A stretch of DNA of 30,358 bases, taken from Myxococcota bacterium (lineage in GTDB: Bacteria; Myxococcota_A; UBA796; UBA2385). Shown one piece after another: positions 8,257-16,986 of the stretch. Position numbers and translations under genes: made by a program. The stretch lies in the NCBI GenBank assembly GCA_036126975.1, contig JAYYRS010000489.1:1-30358 (forward strand). Direction: 5' to 3'. Below the pieces are notes generated by a model that ran no database searches, was not told the DNA's origin, and saw only the letters and a list, made by a program, of their open reading frames with translations. Every line of letters begins with the position of its first letter. Position 1 is the first letter of the stretch.

Positions 8257-9488
8257 GTGTCACCATCATCGGAATCGGCACCGGGGCCGGGCTCGGTGCA
8301 GACGCATCGTCGGTCATCGCCGGCGCCGGCCTGCTGATCGGCGGGACCCGCCAGCTCGACCTGGCGGCCGAGCACGCACCCGATGCTGCCCGCTGGGACC
8401 TGACGGGCCGGCTCAAGGAGATCGCGCCCACCGCCGCCGAAGCGGTCTCCCAGGGCACGTCCGTCGTCGTGCTGGCCAGCGGGGATCCGATGTTCTACGG
8501 GGTCGGCAGCTACCTGGTGGGGCGCCTCGCAGCCGTCGGCATCGAGGCACGGGTGCTCCCCGCGCCCAGCGCCATCGCGGTGGCTGCTGCCCGTTTCGGA
8601 CTCAAGTGGAGCGACGCCCACGTCATCTCCGGGCACGGCCGACCGCTGCCCGACCTCGCCACGCTGCTCCATCGGCACGGCAAGCTCGCGATCCTCACCG
8701 ACGCCACCAACACGCCCGCCGAGATCGGGCGGCGCCTCACCGAGGCCGGCATCTCCGAGGGCACCGCCCATGTCGCCGAGGACCTGGGTTCCGCATCGGA
8801 ACGGACCCGGGTCGTGCCGATCCCGGCGCTCGGAGCACTCACCGACACCAGCGCGCTGAACGTGGTGCTCCTGACCGCGCCGCGGAGACACATCCCCACC
8901 ATCCCCTTCGACTCCGACGACGCATTCGATAAGAAGATGCCCAAAAAGGGGCTCATCACCAAGCGCGAGATCCGCGTACTGAGCCTCGCGGCCCTGGGCG
9001 TGGGAGCGGGCGACGTCTGCTGGGACATCGGTGCCGGGAGCGGCGCGGTCTCCATCGACATGGCGCACTGCGGGGCCTCAAGCGTGTGGGCGGTCGAGAA
9101 GAACCAGGATGGCTGTGAGATCGTCTCCGGCAACGTCGCTCGACACCGGGCCACTGCGGTGCGCGTCATCCACGCCAAGGCTCCCGACGGGCTCGCGGAC
9201 CTCCCCGACCCCGACCGGGTGTTCATCGGCGGCTCTGGTGGCAACCTGACCGCGCTCATCCATCTCATCATGGCGCGACTGCGGGTGGGCGGGACGCTGG
9301 TCATCAATCTGGCCACCGTCGAGAACCTCGCGGAGGCCCTGACCGCCCTCCGTGCGTGTGGCGCCCCCCACGAGAGCACCCAGGTCCAGGTGTCCCGTTC
9401 GAAGACCATCCTCGGTCGGCTGACGCGATTCGAGGCGCTCAACCCCATCACCATCATCCGGGCGACCCGCCCCGAGGAGCTCCGGTGA
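8253..9488 (+). CDS. cbiET: Bifunctional precorrin-6Y C5,15-methyltransferase (CbiE-CbiT fusion, CobL-type)
   Basis: N-terminal VLASGDPMFYGVG; C-terminal ITKREIR, WDIGAGSGAVS, PDRVFIGGSGG. TTG start overlaps the cbiC stop. Confidence 0.93.
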   Translation: MSVTIIGIGTGAGLGADASSVIAGAGLLIGGTRQLDLAAEHAPDAARWDLTGRLKEIAPTAAEAVSQGTSVVVLASGDPMFYGVGSYLVGRLAAVGIEARVLPAPSAIAVAAARFGLKWSDAHVISGHGRPLPDLATLLHRHGKLAILTDATNTPAEIGRRLTEAGISEGTAHVAEDLGSASERTRVVPIPALGALTDTSALNVVLLTAPRRHIPTIPFDSDDAFDKKMPKKGLITKREIRVLSLAALGVGAGDVCWDIGAGSGAVSIDMAHCGASSVWAVEKNQDGCEIVSGNVARHRATAVRVIHAKAPDGLADLPDPDRVFIGGSGGNLTALIHLIMARLRVGGTLVINLATVENLAEALTALRACGAPHESTQVQVSRSKTILGRLTRFEALNPITIIRATRPEELR

Positions 9489-10309
9489 TCGACGACGCGC
9501 TCAAGGCGCAGCCTCCTCGGGAGGGCATCGGCACCCTGTGGGGCGTCAGTGTCGGACCGGGCGCGCCAGACCTGATCACCATGCGGGCCCATCGCGTGCT
9601 CACCTCCGCCCCCGTGATTGCATGGCCTGCATGCAAGGCCGGCGCCACGTCCTACGCCTGGCGGATCATCCGCGAGTACATCGATCCGGACACGCAGCAG
9701 ACACTCGGGCTGGTCTTTCCCATGAACAAGGACTGGTCGGCACTGGTTCCGGCGTGGCGGGACTCGGCGGAGCAGATCCTGCGCCATCTCCACGCAGGGC
9801 GAGACGTCGCGTTCATCACGACCGGGGACGCGATGCTCTACAGCACCTTCCTTCACGTCTGGGAGGTGCTCCGCGAGATGGACCCCTCGGTTCCGGTCCA
9901 GGTGATTCCCGGCGTGAGCAGCATCAACGCAGCGAGCGCCCTGACCGGCGTACCGCTCGGGCAGGGAGACGAGCGCGTCGCGATCGTGCCGGCGACCTGG
10001 CACGAATCGCGTCTTCGGACGCTGATCACCGACACCGACACCGTGGTCCTCATGAAGGTGGCCCGGGTCCTGCCCCAGGTCATCACCCTGCTCGAAGAGA
10101 CCGGTCGCATCGATGAGGCGGTCCTCATCAGCCGCGGTACCGCCGAGCAGCAGATCGTCACGCGGGACCTCGCGCGCTTCCGCGACCGACGGCTCAACTA
10201 CCTCACGCTGGTGCTCGTCGCACGAGACCGCCCATTCCTCGCACGGCTTCGCTCCGAGGCCGAGTCAGACGCCCGTTTCAAGATCAATCGACAGGGAAGC
10301 CGTCCATGA
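9485..10309 (+). CDS. cbiL: (Cobalt-)precorrin-2 C20-methyltransferase (CbiL/CobI)
   Basis: LWGVSVGPGAPDLITMRA, VFPM, AFITTGDAMLYSTF, IPGVSS, VVLMKV. GTGA overlap with cbiET. Confidence 0.92.
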   Translation: MIDDALKAQPPREGIGTLWGVSVGPGAPDLITMRAHRVLTSAPVIAWPACKAGATSYAWRIIREYIDPDTQQTLGLVFPMNKDWSALVPAWRDSAEQILRHLHAGRDVAFITTGDAMLYSTFLHVWEVLREMDPSVPVQVIPGVSSINAASALTGVPLGQGDERVAIVPATWHESRLRTLITDTDTVVLMKVARVLPQVITLLEETGRIDEAVLISRGTAEQQIVTRDLARFRDRRLNYLTLVLVARDRPFLARLRSEAESDARFKINRQGSRP

Positions 10310-11190
10310 CCGTTCCTTCCACCGTCCACTTCGTCGGCGCCGGCCCTGGTGATCCCGAGCTGATCACGGTCAAGGGAGCCCGCCTGCTCCGCGAGGCCGA
10401 CTACGTCCTGTATACGGGCTCACTCGTGCCGCGTGAACTCTTCGAGGATCTGCCAGGGCAGGTCGAGGACAGCAAGGGCCTGGACATCCATCAGATCGTC
10501 GAACGCCTCGCCACCCACGCCCAGGCCGGTCGACAGGTGGTCCGCGTCCACACCGGAGACCCCGCCGTCTACGGTGCCGTGCAGGAGCAGCGGGCCCGGC
10601 TCCTCGTCGCCGGGATTCCGTCCGCCGTCGTACCGGGCGTCACCAGCGCGCTGGCTGCGGCCGCGGCCGTCAACGCCGAGCTGACCCTGCCGGACCTGAC
10701 CCAGACCATCGTCATCAGTCGGACCGAAGGGCGCACGGCGATGCCTGAAGGGGAGAAGCTCGCGGACCTGGCCCGCCTCGGCAATGCCTCGCTGTGTCTC
10801 TACCTGTCCGCCACCCTCACCGAGAAGGTCACCCGCGAGCTGATCGCGGGCGGACGGAGCCCTGACACGCCGGTCGCGGTGGTCCAGTACGCCTCGATGG
10901 CGGACAAGCAGCAGATCGTCCGATGCACCCTCGAGACCCTGGCCGACGAGATGCGCGCCGCCGGCATCCGCGCACAGGCGATGCTGCTCATCGGCCCCGC
11001 GCTGGACCCCACGATCCGAGAGCAGGTCGGGCGTTTCGACAGCCGGCTCTACGCCCGGGACTTCTCCCACCGGTTCCGCAAGGCCGGAGACGGGGACCGG
11101 GAGAGCCAGCCACGAACGCCACGGGGTAGCCGCTTCGAGGCCACCTCCACCCTCGTCCCCCACGCTGCCACCGGAGGCGCAGAGAAATGA
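10306..11190 (+). CDS. cbiF: (Cobalt-)precorrin-4 C11-methyltransferase (CbiF/CobM)
   Basis: VHFVGAGPGDPELITVKG, LYTGSLV, RVHTGDPAVYGAVQEQ, ELTLPDLTQT, SRLYARDFSH. Confidence 0.95.
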   Translation: MTVPSTVHFVGAGPGDPELITVKGARLLREADYVLYTGSLVPRELFEDLPGQVEDSKGLDIHQIVERLATHAQAGRQVVRVHTGDPAVYGAVQEQRARLLVAGIPSAVVPGVTSALAAAAAVNAELTLPDLTQTIVISRTEGRTAMPEGEKLADLARLGNASLCLYLSATLTEKVTRELIAGGRSPDTPVAVVQYASMADKQQIVRCTLETLADEMRAAGIRAQAMLLIGPALDPTIREQVGRFDSRLYARDFSHRFRKAGDGDRESQPRTPRGSRFEATSTLVPHAATGGAEK

Positions 11191-12137
11191 CATCTGAAGC
11201 TCCTGACACCCCGCGCGGCAAGCTGCTGCTGATCGGCTTCGGCCCTGGCGCCCACGAACACCTGACCTACCGCGCCCGTGCCGCGATCGCGGAGGCCGAG
11301 GTGGTCATCGGCTACAACACCTACATCAAGCTCATCGCAGACCTGCTGGAGGGCAAGGAGGTCCACCGGAAGGGCATGAGCGAAGAGCTCGACCGGGTCC
11401 ATCTCGCCTACGACATGGCCATGGCCGGCCGCAAGGTCGCCCTGATCAGCTCCGGTGACATCTGCGTCTATGGCATGGCCGGACCCGCGATGGAGGTGCT
11501 GACGGAGCGCGGCTGGACCGGGCTTGATGACCCGCGGGTCGAGGTCGAGGTGGTGCCGGGGATCAGCGCAGTCAATGCCATCGCCAGCCTCGTCGGCGCA
11601 CCGCTGACCCACGACTACTGCACCATCTCGCTGTCCGACCTGCTGACCCCGTGGCCGGTCATCGAGCGCCGGGTGATCGCCGCAACGGAGGGAGACTTCG
11701 TGGTGGCGCTCTACAACCCGCAGAGCAAGCGCCGGACCTGGCAGCTGCCCAAGACCGTGGAGCTGATGCTCGCGGGGGGACGGAGCCCGAAGACACCGGT
11801 GGCCATCGTCAAAAGCGCCTACCGGCGTCGCCAGAACATCGTCCTGACCACTCTCGACGACCTCTGCAACCACAAGATCGGGATGCTGACCACCGTGCTC
11901 GTGGGCAACTCCAACACGCGATTCGCGGCGGGCCGGATGGTGACGCCCCGGGGGTACTCCAACAAGTATGACGTGGGCAGCGGCCTGGTCCGCGCCGGCC
12001 AGGAGCCACTGCGGAGTCTCAAACTCGATGAAGACGGCAACCCGATCGGCGGTGAGCTGGAAGAGAAGACCAACCGGGTCTACCCGGGTGCGACCGAGCA
12101 GCAGCCGGACGGCTCCCTGCCCGTGGACGTGCCATGA
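11187..12137 (+). CDS. cbiH: Precorrin-3B/cobalt-factor III C17-methyltransferase (CbiH/CobJ)
   Basis: IGFGPG, VIGYNTY, LISSGD..VYGMAG, GAPLTHDYCTISLSDLLTPW, LYNPQS, MVTPRGY. Confidence 0.95.
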   Translation: MTSEAPDTPRGKLLLIGFGPGAHEHLTYRARAAIAEAEVVIGYNTYIKLIADLLEGKEVHRKGMSEELDRVHLAYDMAMAGRKVALISSGDICVYGMAGPAMEVLTERGWTGLDDPRVEVEVVPGISAVNAIASLVGAPLTHDYCTISLSDLLTPWPVIERRVIAATEGDFVVALYNPQSKRRTWQLPKTVELMLAGGRSPKTPVAIVKSAYRRRQNIVLTTLDDLCNHKIGMLTTVLVGNSNTRFAAGRMVTPRGYSNKYDVGSGLVRAGQEPLRSLKLDEDGNPIGGELEEKTNRVYPGATEQQPDGSLPVDVP

Positions 12138-13246
12138 GCCTCGTCAGCGGCCTCGACGACATCGCGGTCATCACCCTGACCCGGCAGGGGATCGACGTCG
12201 CGGCGTCTCTCCAGGAGACCCTTCCCGCGGAGGTCACGGTCTACATCTCGGAAAAGTATGACGACGAGGCCCCCAAGGGCTGGACCCGATTCCCCCGTCG
12301 CATCTACCCCCTGGTCGATGAGATCTGGCCGCGCCACGAGGCGCTGATCTTCGTGATGGCCGCGGGCATCGTCGTCCGGGCCGTCGCCAAACACGTCCAG
12401 AGCAAGCTCTACGACCCCGGCGTCGTCGTCATGGACATCAAGGGCAAGTTCGCGGTGGCGCTGTGCAGTGGCCACCTTGGCGGCGCGAATGAACTGTGCA
12501 GGCTCATCGAGGAGCGGACCGGCGCGATCTCCGTGGTGACGACCGGCACCGACGTCAACAACACGCTCGCCCCTGACGTGCTCGCGAAGCAGATCGGCGC
12601 GCGGGTCGACGATTGGGAGCCCCTCAAGCTGGTCAGTGGCGCGCTCGTGGACACCCTCCCGGTTGGCGTCTTCGCAGAGCCAGGGATCGACGTCGGCGAC
12701 CTGGGCCCGTATGCCCGGAAGAAGGTCATCCAGGTGAAGGACCCCGGCGAGCTTCCCGAATACCGTGCCGCCGTCGTCGTCAGCCATCGGCTTCTCGCCG
12801 ACCCCGGCATCCCCACCATGTGGCTCCGACCCCCGGTCCTCGTCGTCGGCGTGGGGTGCAACCGCGGGACCTCTGAGGAGGAAATCGGCAGCGCCGTGGA
12901 GGCCGTGCTCACCGAAAACGACCTGGCCCTTTCGTCCGTCGTCCGCCTCGCCACCATCGAGAAGAAATCCGACGAACCCGGGCTGCTGGCCGCCGCTGCC
13001 GAACGGGACTGGCCGCTCTGGTGGTACCGCAACGACCAGATCAACGACCAGGCCCCCCCGTTCCCTGGCCGCAGCGACGTGGTCTTCAAGTATGTCGGGG
13101 TCTACGGCGTGTCGGAACCCGCCGCGATGCTGGCCGCCGGAACCGAACGCCTGCTCGTGGCGAAGCAGAAGCGCGGCAACCTGACCGTCAGCGTCGCGCG
13201 CATCGCCGGCGAGCCCCTCGCACCCGCCGGAGTGGTCACACCATGA
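12134..13246 (+). CDS. cbiG: Cobalt-precorrin-5A hydrolase
   Basis: MAAGIVVRAVA, KLYDPGVVVMD, SGHLGGANEL, VTTGTD, VGVGCNRG, GVYGVSEPAA. Confidence 0.95.
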   Translation: MSLVSGLDDIAVITLTRQGIDVAASLQETLPAEVTVYISEKYDDEAPKGWTRFPRRIYPLVDEIWPRHEALIFVMAAGIVVRAVAKHVQSKLYDPGVVVMDIKGKFAVALCSGHLGGANELCRLIEERTGAISVVTTGTDVNNTLAPDVLAKQIGARVDDWEPLKLVSGALVDTLPVGVFAEPGIDVGDLGPYARKKVIQVKDPGELPEYRAAVVVSHRLLADPGIPTMWLRPPVLVVGVGCNRGTSEEEIGSAVEAVLTENDLALSSVVRLATIEKKSDEPGLLAAAAERDWPLWWYRNDQINDQAPPFPGRSDVVFKYVGVYGVSEPAAMLAAGTERLLVAKQKRGNLTVSVARIAGEPLAPAGVVTP

Positions 13247-14436
13247 GTCGTGCTCTCGTCCTGATCGGTCATGGCAGCCGCCGGGCTGGCGGAAACAAGA
13301 AGGTCCTCGGCCTGGCAGAGCGCGTGAGCGAGCGCGCGGGACTGCCTGTGTTTCCCGGCTTTCTCGAGCTCGCCCAACCCCATGCCTCCGAGGCCATCGA
13401 CCGCGCCGTCGCGTCGGGCGCAGACGAGGTCGTGATCGTGCCAGCCGTTCTCCTGGCTGCCGGCCACGCCAAGAACGATGTGCCACTCCTGGTCAACCAG
13501 GCCCGCGGTCGGCATCCGGGCGTGCAGTTCTTCGCCGGACGACCCCTGGGGGTGAACGCCGGCATGCTGGCTGCGCTGCAGGACCGCCTGACCGCCGCCC
13601 GGCAGGAGCTCGGCCCCTGCGACGACGACCGGGTCGCCGTGCTCCTGCTGGGGCGCGGCAGCTCCGACCCGGATGCAAACGCCGACATCTTCAAGATCGG
13701 CCGCCTGCTCACCGAACGCCAGGGCCTGCTCGGCCATGAGGTCGGGTTCATCGGGGTCACGCAGCCCGATGTCGAGGCCGCCTTCAAGACGCTGGCAGCG
13801 CGCCGGCCCCGGCAGGTCGTGGTGATGCCCTACCTGCTCTACCCCGGAGTGCTGGTCGAGCGGGTCCGCAAGAAGGTCGCGGACCTCGCTGCGCTCTACC
13901 GGCGGCTCGATGTGCAGGTCACCGAGCCTGTCGGAACCCACCCTGCGGTCCTCGATGTCCTCCTGGAGCGCGCAGACGAGTCGGTCAACGGTACCGGGGG
14001 CATGTCCTGCGACACCTGCAAGTACCGGGCTCCGCTGCCGGGATTCCAGCACGAGGTGGGCGGCCTCCAGGCGCTCCGCAAGGCCAGGGCCCATGTGGAG
14101 ATCCCGGCTTCACCCGAGGTCAAGCCCCACGCGCACACCCCGCCCGTCAAGCACGTGCTCGTCTGTGTCAACCGAGACTGCGTCGACCGGGGGAGCCTCA
14201 CCACGCTCGACCGCCTCCGCCGGCGGATCCGGGCAGACCGACTCGGCAAGCGCATCCAGACCACGCGCGTGATGTGCATGGGGCGATGCGGGGAGGGACC
14301 GGCCGTCTGTGTGTACCCCGATGGCGTCTGGTACCGGAAGGTATCCGCAGAGGACGCCGACCTGATCTACGACCAGCACATCTGCGACAACCGCCCCGTC
14401 GGACACCTGATCGACCAGGTGATCGGCGGAACTTGA
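13243..14436 (+). CDS. cbiX: Long-form sirohydrochlorin cobaltochelatase CbiX fused to a thioredoxin-like [2Fe-2S] ferredoxin
   Basis: GHGSRR, FLELAQP, AAGHAKND, second domain GRGSSDPDAN, MSCDTCKYR Cys motif, then C-terminal CVNRDC...CMGRC..GP..VYPDGVWY. Confidence 0.92.
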   Translation: MSRALVLIGHGSRRAGGNKKVLGLAERVSERAGLPVFPGFLELAQPHASEAIDRAVASGADEVVIVPAVLLAAGHAKNDVPLLVNQARGRHPGVQFFAGRPLGVNAGMLAALQDRLTAARQELGPCDDDRVAVLLLGRGSSDPDANADIFKIGRLLTERQGLLGHEVGFIGVTQPDVEAAFKTLAARRPRQVVVMPYLLYPGVLVERVRKKVADLAALYRRLDVQVTEPVGTHPAVLDVLLERADESVNGTGGMSCDTCKYRAPLPGFQHEVGGLQALRKARAHVEIPASPEVKPHAHTPPVKHVLVCVNRDCVDRGSLTTLDRLRRRIRADRLGKRIQTTRVMCMGRCGEGPAVCVYPDGVWYRKVSAEDADLIYDQHICDNRPVGHLIDQVIGGT

Positions 14437-14455
14437 GTTCCAAAGGAGTTTTTCC

Positions 14456-14833
14456 ATGGCTTGCTACGAAGTCGCCTCGCTCCGGCTGGCGCTGCACAAC
14501 CTGCTCGGCGACCGGCCCGCCCACGAACGAACCCATGAAGAAGAGGAGCTCGGAAGCAAGCTGTCCGAGGACGGTCCGCTGAAGGCGCTCGCCAACGCCA
14601 CGAGCCTCGCCCAGATCCGCGCGGCCCTGGACGCGGCCGGACTGGAGCTCGAACAGCGGGTGGCGGACATGCCGGAGGATGCACCCCAGCTGGGCTACTG
14701 GCGCTCCCTGGTCGTCACCGTCAAGCGCACCCAGCGCGACCTGGCTCGGATGGCATCCGACCTGGAGCAGTACTACCGTGACCTGGACCTCGTCCACGAC
14801 ACCCTCCACGAGATCTTTCCCGAGAGTGACTGA
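14456..14833 (+). CDS. DUF3209-like helical protein
   Basis: AAAGGAG SD. N-terminus MACYEVASLRLALHNLLG resembles DUF3209 (M[SA]CHEI.ALRL) as I recall it; needs an HMM check. Confidence 0.7.
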   Translation: MACYEVASLRLALHNLLGDRPAHERTHEEEELGSKLSEDGPLKALANATSLAQIRAALDAAGLELEQRVADMPEDAPQLGYWRSLVVTVKRTQRDLARMASDLEQYYRDLDLVHDTLHEIFPESD

Positions 14834-14836
14834 GCC

Positions 14837-15517
14837 ATGGCGAAGACAAAATGGGCGACGGTGACGGGACACGAGGACCTCGGTGGCGGGGTCCACCGCA
14901 TCCACTGTCTCGCAGACGAGCCTCTCCACCACGTGGCAGGCAACTACGTGATCCTCCGGAGCACCGTCCCGAACCCCGACAAGCCCGGTGAGGTGCTCAA
15001 GAAGGCGTACTCGATATCCAGCGCGCCCGATGCGGAATCGCCCCAGCGATTCCACTTCACCATCGTCGACGTGGGCGCGATGAGCGCGTGGCTTGCGAGC
15101 CAGCGCGTCGACGGGCGCGTGGAGTTCTCCGGCCCATGGGGAAGGCGGTTCCGGGCCCAGCCCGATGACCCAGACGGTCCCGTCCACCTGTTCGCGACGG
15201 GCACGGGGTTCTCCCCGGTCGGGGCGATGGCCATCACGCGGAGTCGTTCCGGGGCCACGCCGGTCGGCGTCTGGTGGCAGACGGAGCACACCTACGACGA
15301 TGGGGTCCTCGCCGCACTGAAGCAGGACCCGCGGTTTTCGGTCACCGTCGGTGCCCACGTTGCCGATGCCGTACCGGCCGAGCCCGAGGCCCTGTACTTC
15401 CTCGCCGGGGATGGCGCCGTCATCATTCCGCTGTGCGAGCGACTCGAGCAGGCCGGCGTGCCCGACGCGCACATCCGAACCGAGTTCTTCTTCAACAAGC
15501 CCGCCAAGCCGACATGA
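14837..15517 (+). CDS. Ferredoxin-NADP+ reductase-like FAD-binding oxidoreductase
   Basis: GNY, KAYSISS (RxYS-type), GAMS, GPWG, FATGTGFSP, C-terminal TEFF. Confidence 0.85.
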   Translation: MAKTKWATVTGHEDLGGGVHRIHCLADEPLHHVAGNYVILRSTVPNPDKPGEVLKKAYSISSAPDAESPQRFHFTIVDVGAMSAWLASQRVDGRVEFSGPWGRRFRAQPDDPDGPVHLFATGTGFSPVGAMAITRSRSGATPVGVWWQTEHTYDDGVLAALKQDPRFSVTVGAHVADAVPAEPEALYFLAGDGAVIIPLCERLEQAGVPDAHIRTEFFFNKPAKPT

Positions 15518-16362
15518 CGAGACCATCGCCAGGCGGGCCGGGCTGCGAGCCCGGCGTGGTGTATCTGGTCGGGGCGGGCCCGGGGGACCCGGGCCTGTTG
15601 ACCTGCCGTGCCCTCCGCCTCCTGGAGACCGCCGAGGTGGTCCTCCATGATGCACTCGTCACGGAAGAGGTCCTCGCCCTGTCGCCCGGGGAGCGGGTCA
15701 ACGTCGGCAAGCGGTCCGAGCACCACCTCGCCCGGCAGGGCGGGATCGCAGCGATGATGGTGACACAGGCCCGGCAGGGCCGACGCGTCGTCCGTCTCAA
15801 GGGCGGAGACCCCGGCATCTTCGGTCGCGGAGGGGAGGAGATGCAGTCCCTTCGCGCCGCCAACGTGCCCTACGAGGTTGTGCCGGGCGTCACCTCCGCA
15901 CTCGCTGCCAGTGCGCTGTCGGGGATCACCCTCACCCACCGCAAGCTCTCCGGCGCGGTCACGCTCATGACGGGTCATGCCGCCGCCAGGACCGACCGGG
16001 GCATCCTCCGGTACGAGGTCCTGGCAGAACTCGACCACACGCTGGTCGTGCTGATGGGTCTGGCGCGCCTGCCGGTCATCGCAGACCGGCTGCTCGCAGC
16101 CGGTCGGGACCCCGAGACACCCGTCGCCGTCGTCCAGGCCGCCTCTACCGCAGGTCAGCGGACCATTCGGGGCACGCTCCGCAGCATCTCTGCGGTCGCG
16201 GAGGCGGCAGGGATCGCGAGTCCGGCCACGGTCATCATCGGTCCAGTGGCCGCGTTGTGCGATGAACTGGCCTGGCGCCCGGACCGACTCGGTCCCGAAC
16301 CCTACCCCCCGGGCGCACGCGTTCATCTTCCCCAGCCGGATGACGAGGCCGCCGATGGCTGA
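15514..16362 (+). CDS. cobA: Uroporphyrinogen-III C-methyltransferase (SUMT), canonical motifs
   Basis: VYLVGAGPGDPGLLT, VGKR, VVRLKGGDPGIFGRGGEE, VPGVTS, LTHR, LVVLMG. ATGA overlap with the FNR-like gene. Confidence 0.93.
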   Translation: MTRPSPGGPGCEPGVVYLVGAGPGDPGLLTCRALRLLETAEVVLHDALVTEEVLALSPGERVNVGKRSEHHLARQGGIAAMMVTQARQGRRVVRLKGGDPGIFGRGGEEMQSLRAANVPYEVVPGVTSALAASALSGITLTHRKLSGAVTLMTGHAAARTDRGILRYEVLAELDHTLVVLMGLARLPVIADRLLAAGRDPETPVAVVQAASTAGQRTIRGTLRSISAVAEAAGIASPATVIIGPVAALCDELAWRPDRLGPEPYPPGARVHLPQPDDEAADG

Positions 16363-16843
16363 TCGACCCCGCCGGACCACTCTCGGGTCCCTGATCGAGA
16401 GCATGCTGCCCCGCTGCGGTCCCATCACCCTCCGCAACCCGTTCGGTGTGATCGAGCTTCGGGGAACGGATCTCTACCTCCGGCGGGGACGGACGCTCAG
16501 CCTCTACCACCGGGAGGCCCAGCGTGGAGAGGCGCGCAGCCACGCGCATCTCTACGTCTCCGGCCTGTCCTGGGCCCGCGTTGTCGAGCGGGATGGCATC
16601 ACGCCTCGCCTCTCGTTCTGGCCCGACGCACGAGAGGAGGAGGAGAAGGCGCCCCTGACCATCGCCTTCCCGCGGTTCTACGACTGGTCGCGCGTTCCCA
16701 TCCCGGACAATCGGGCCCACTTCGCGGCCTGGGTGTCGAAGCACGGACGCACGTTCATCCTCGAGCCGGATCCACCGGTTGCGCGCTCCCGTCGCGCTGC
16801 AGCGGGCTTTCCCGGCAGCGACCAGGTCGGAGGGCCGGGGTGA
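16355..16843 (+). CDS. Stand-alone ChuX/HutX-like protein (162 aa), paralog of the N-domain of 3201-4229
   Basis: 8-nt overlap with the cobA stop. Shares LRNP[YF]G..ELRG, YHR, RSH.HL, TP.L.FWPD, PLT..FP.FY.W and PIP...W...[YH]G..F.LEP with 3201-4229. Confidence 0.8.
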   Translation: MADRPRRTTLGSLIESMLPRCGPITLRNPFGVIELRGTDLYLRRGRTLSLYHREAQRGEARSHAHLYVSGLSWARVVERDGITPRLSFWPDAREEEEKAPLTIAFPRFYDWSRVPIPDNRAHFAAWVSKHGRTFILEPDPPVARSRRAAAGFPGSDQVGGPG

Positions 16844-16986
16844 CACCCCACCGGCACGCCCGCTTCCTGTCCCTCTCCACCGCTGCGCACCCTGCAGCCC
16901 GCCGCCAGCGGCGTGGCGGGGCCGGGCTCCGCGGCGCCCCCACGGTCCGGATGGCAAGGCCTCCAACCATTACGGCGGTCCGATGA
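16840..16986 (+). CDS. Possible 48-aa bridging mini-ORF
   Basis: GTG overlaps the upstream TGA (GTGA 16840-16843); its TGA overlaps the next ATG (ATGA 16983-16986). Arg/Ala-rich; no recognisable homology. Confidence 0.3.
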   Translation: MTPHRHARFLSLSTAAHPAARRQRRGGAGLRGAPTVRMARPPTITAVR

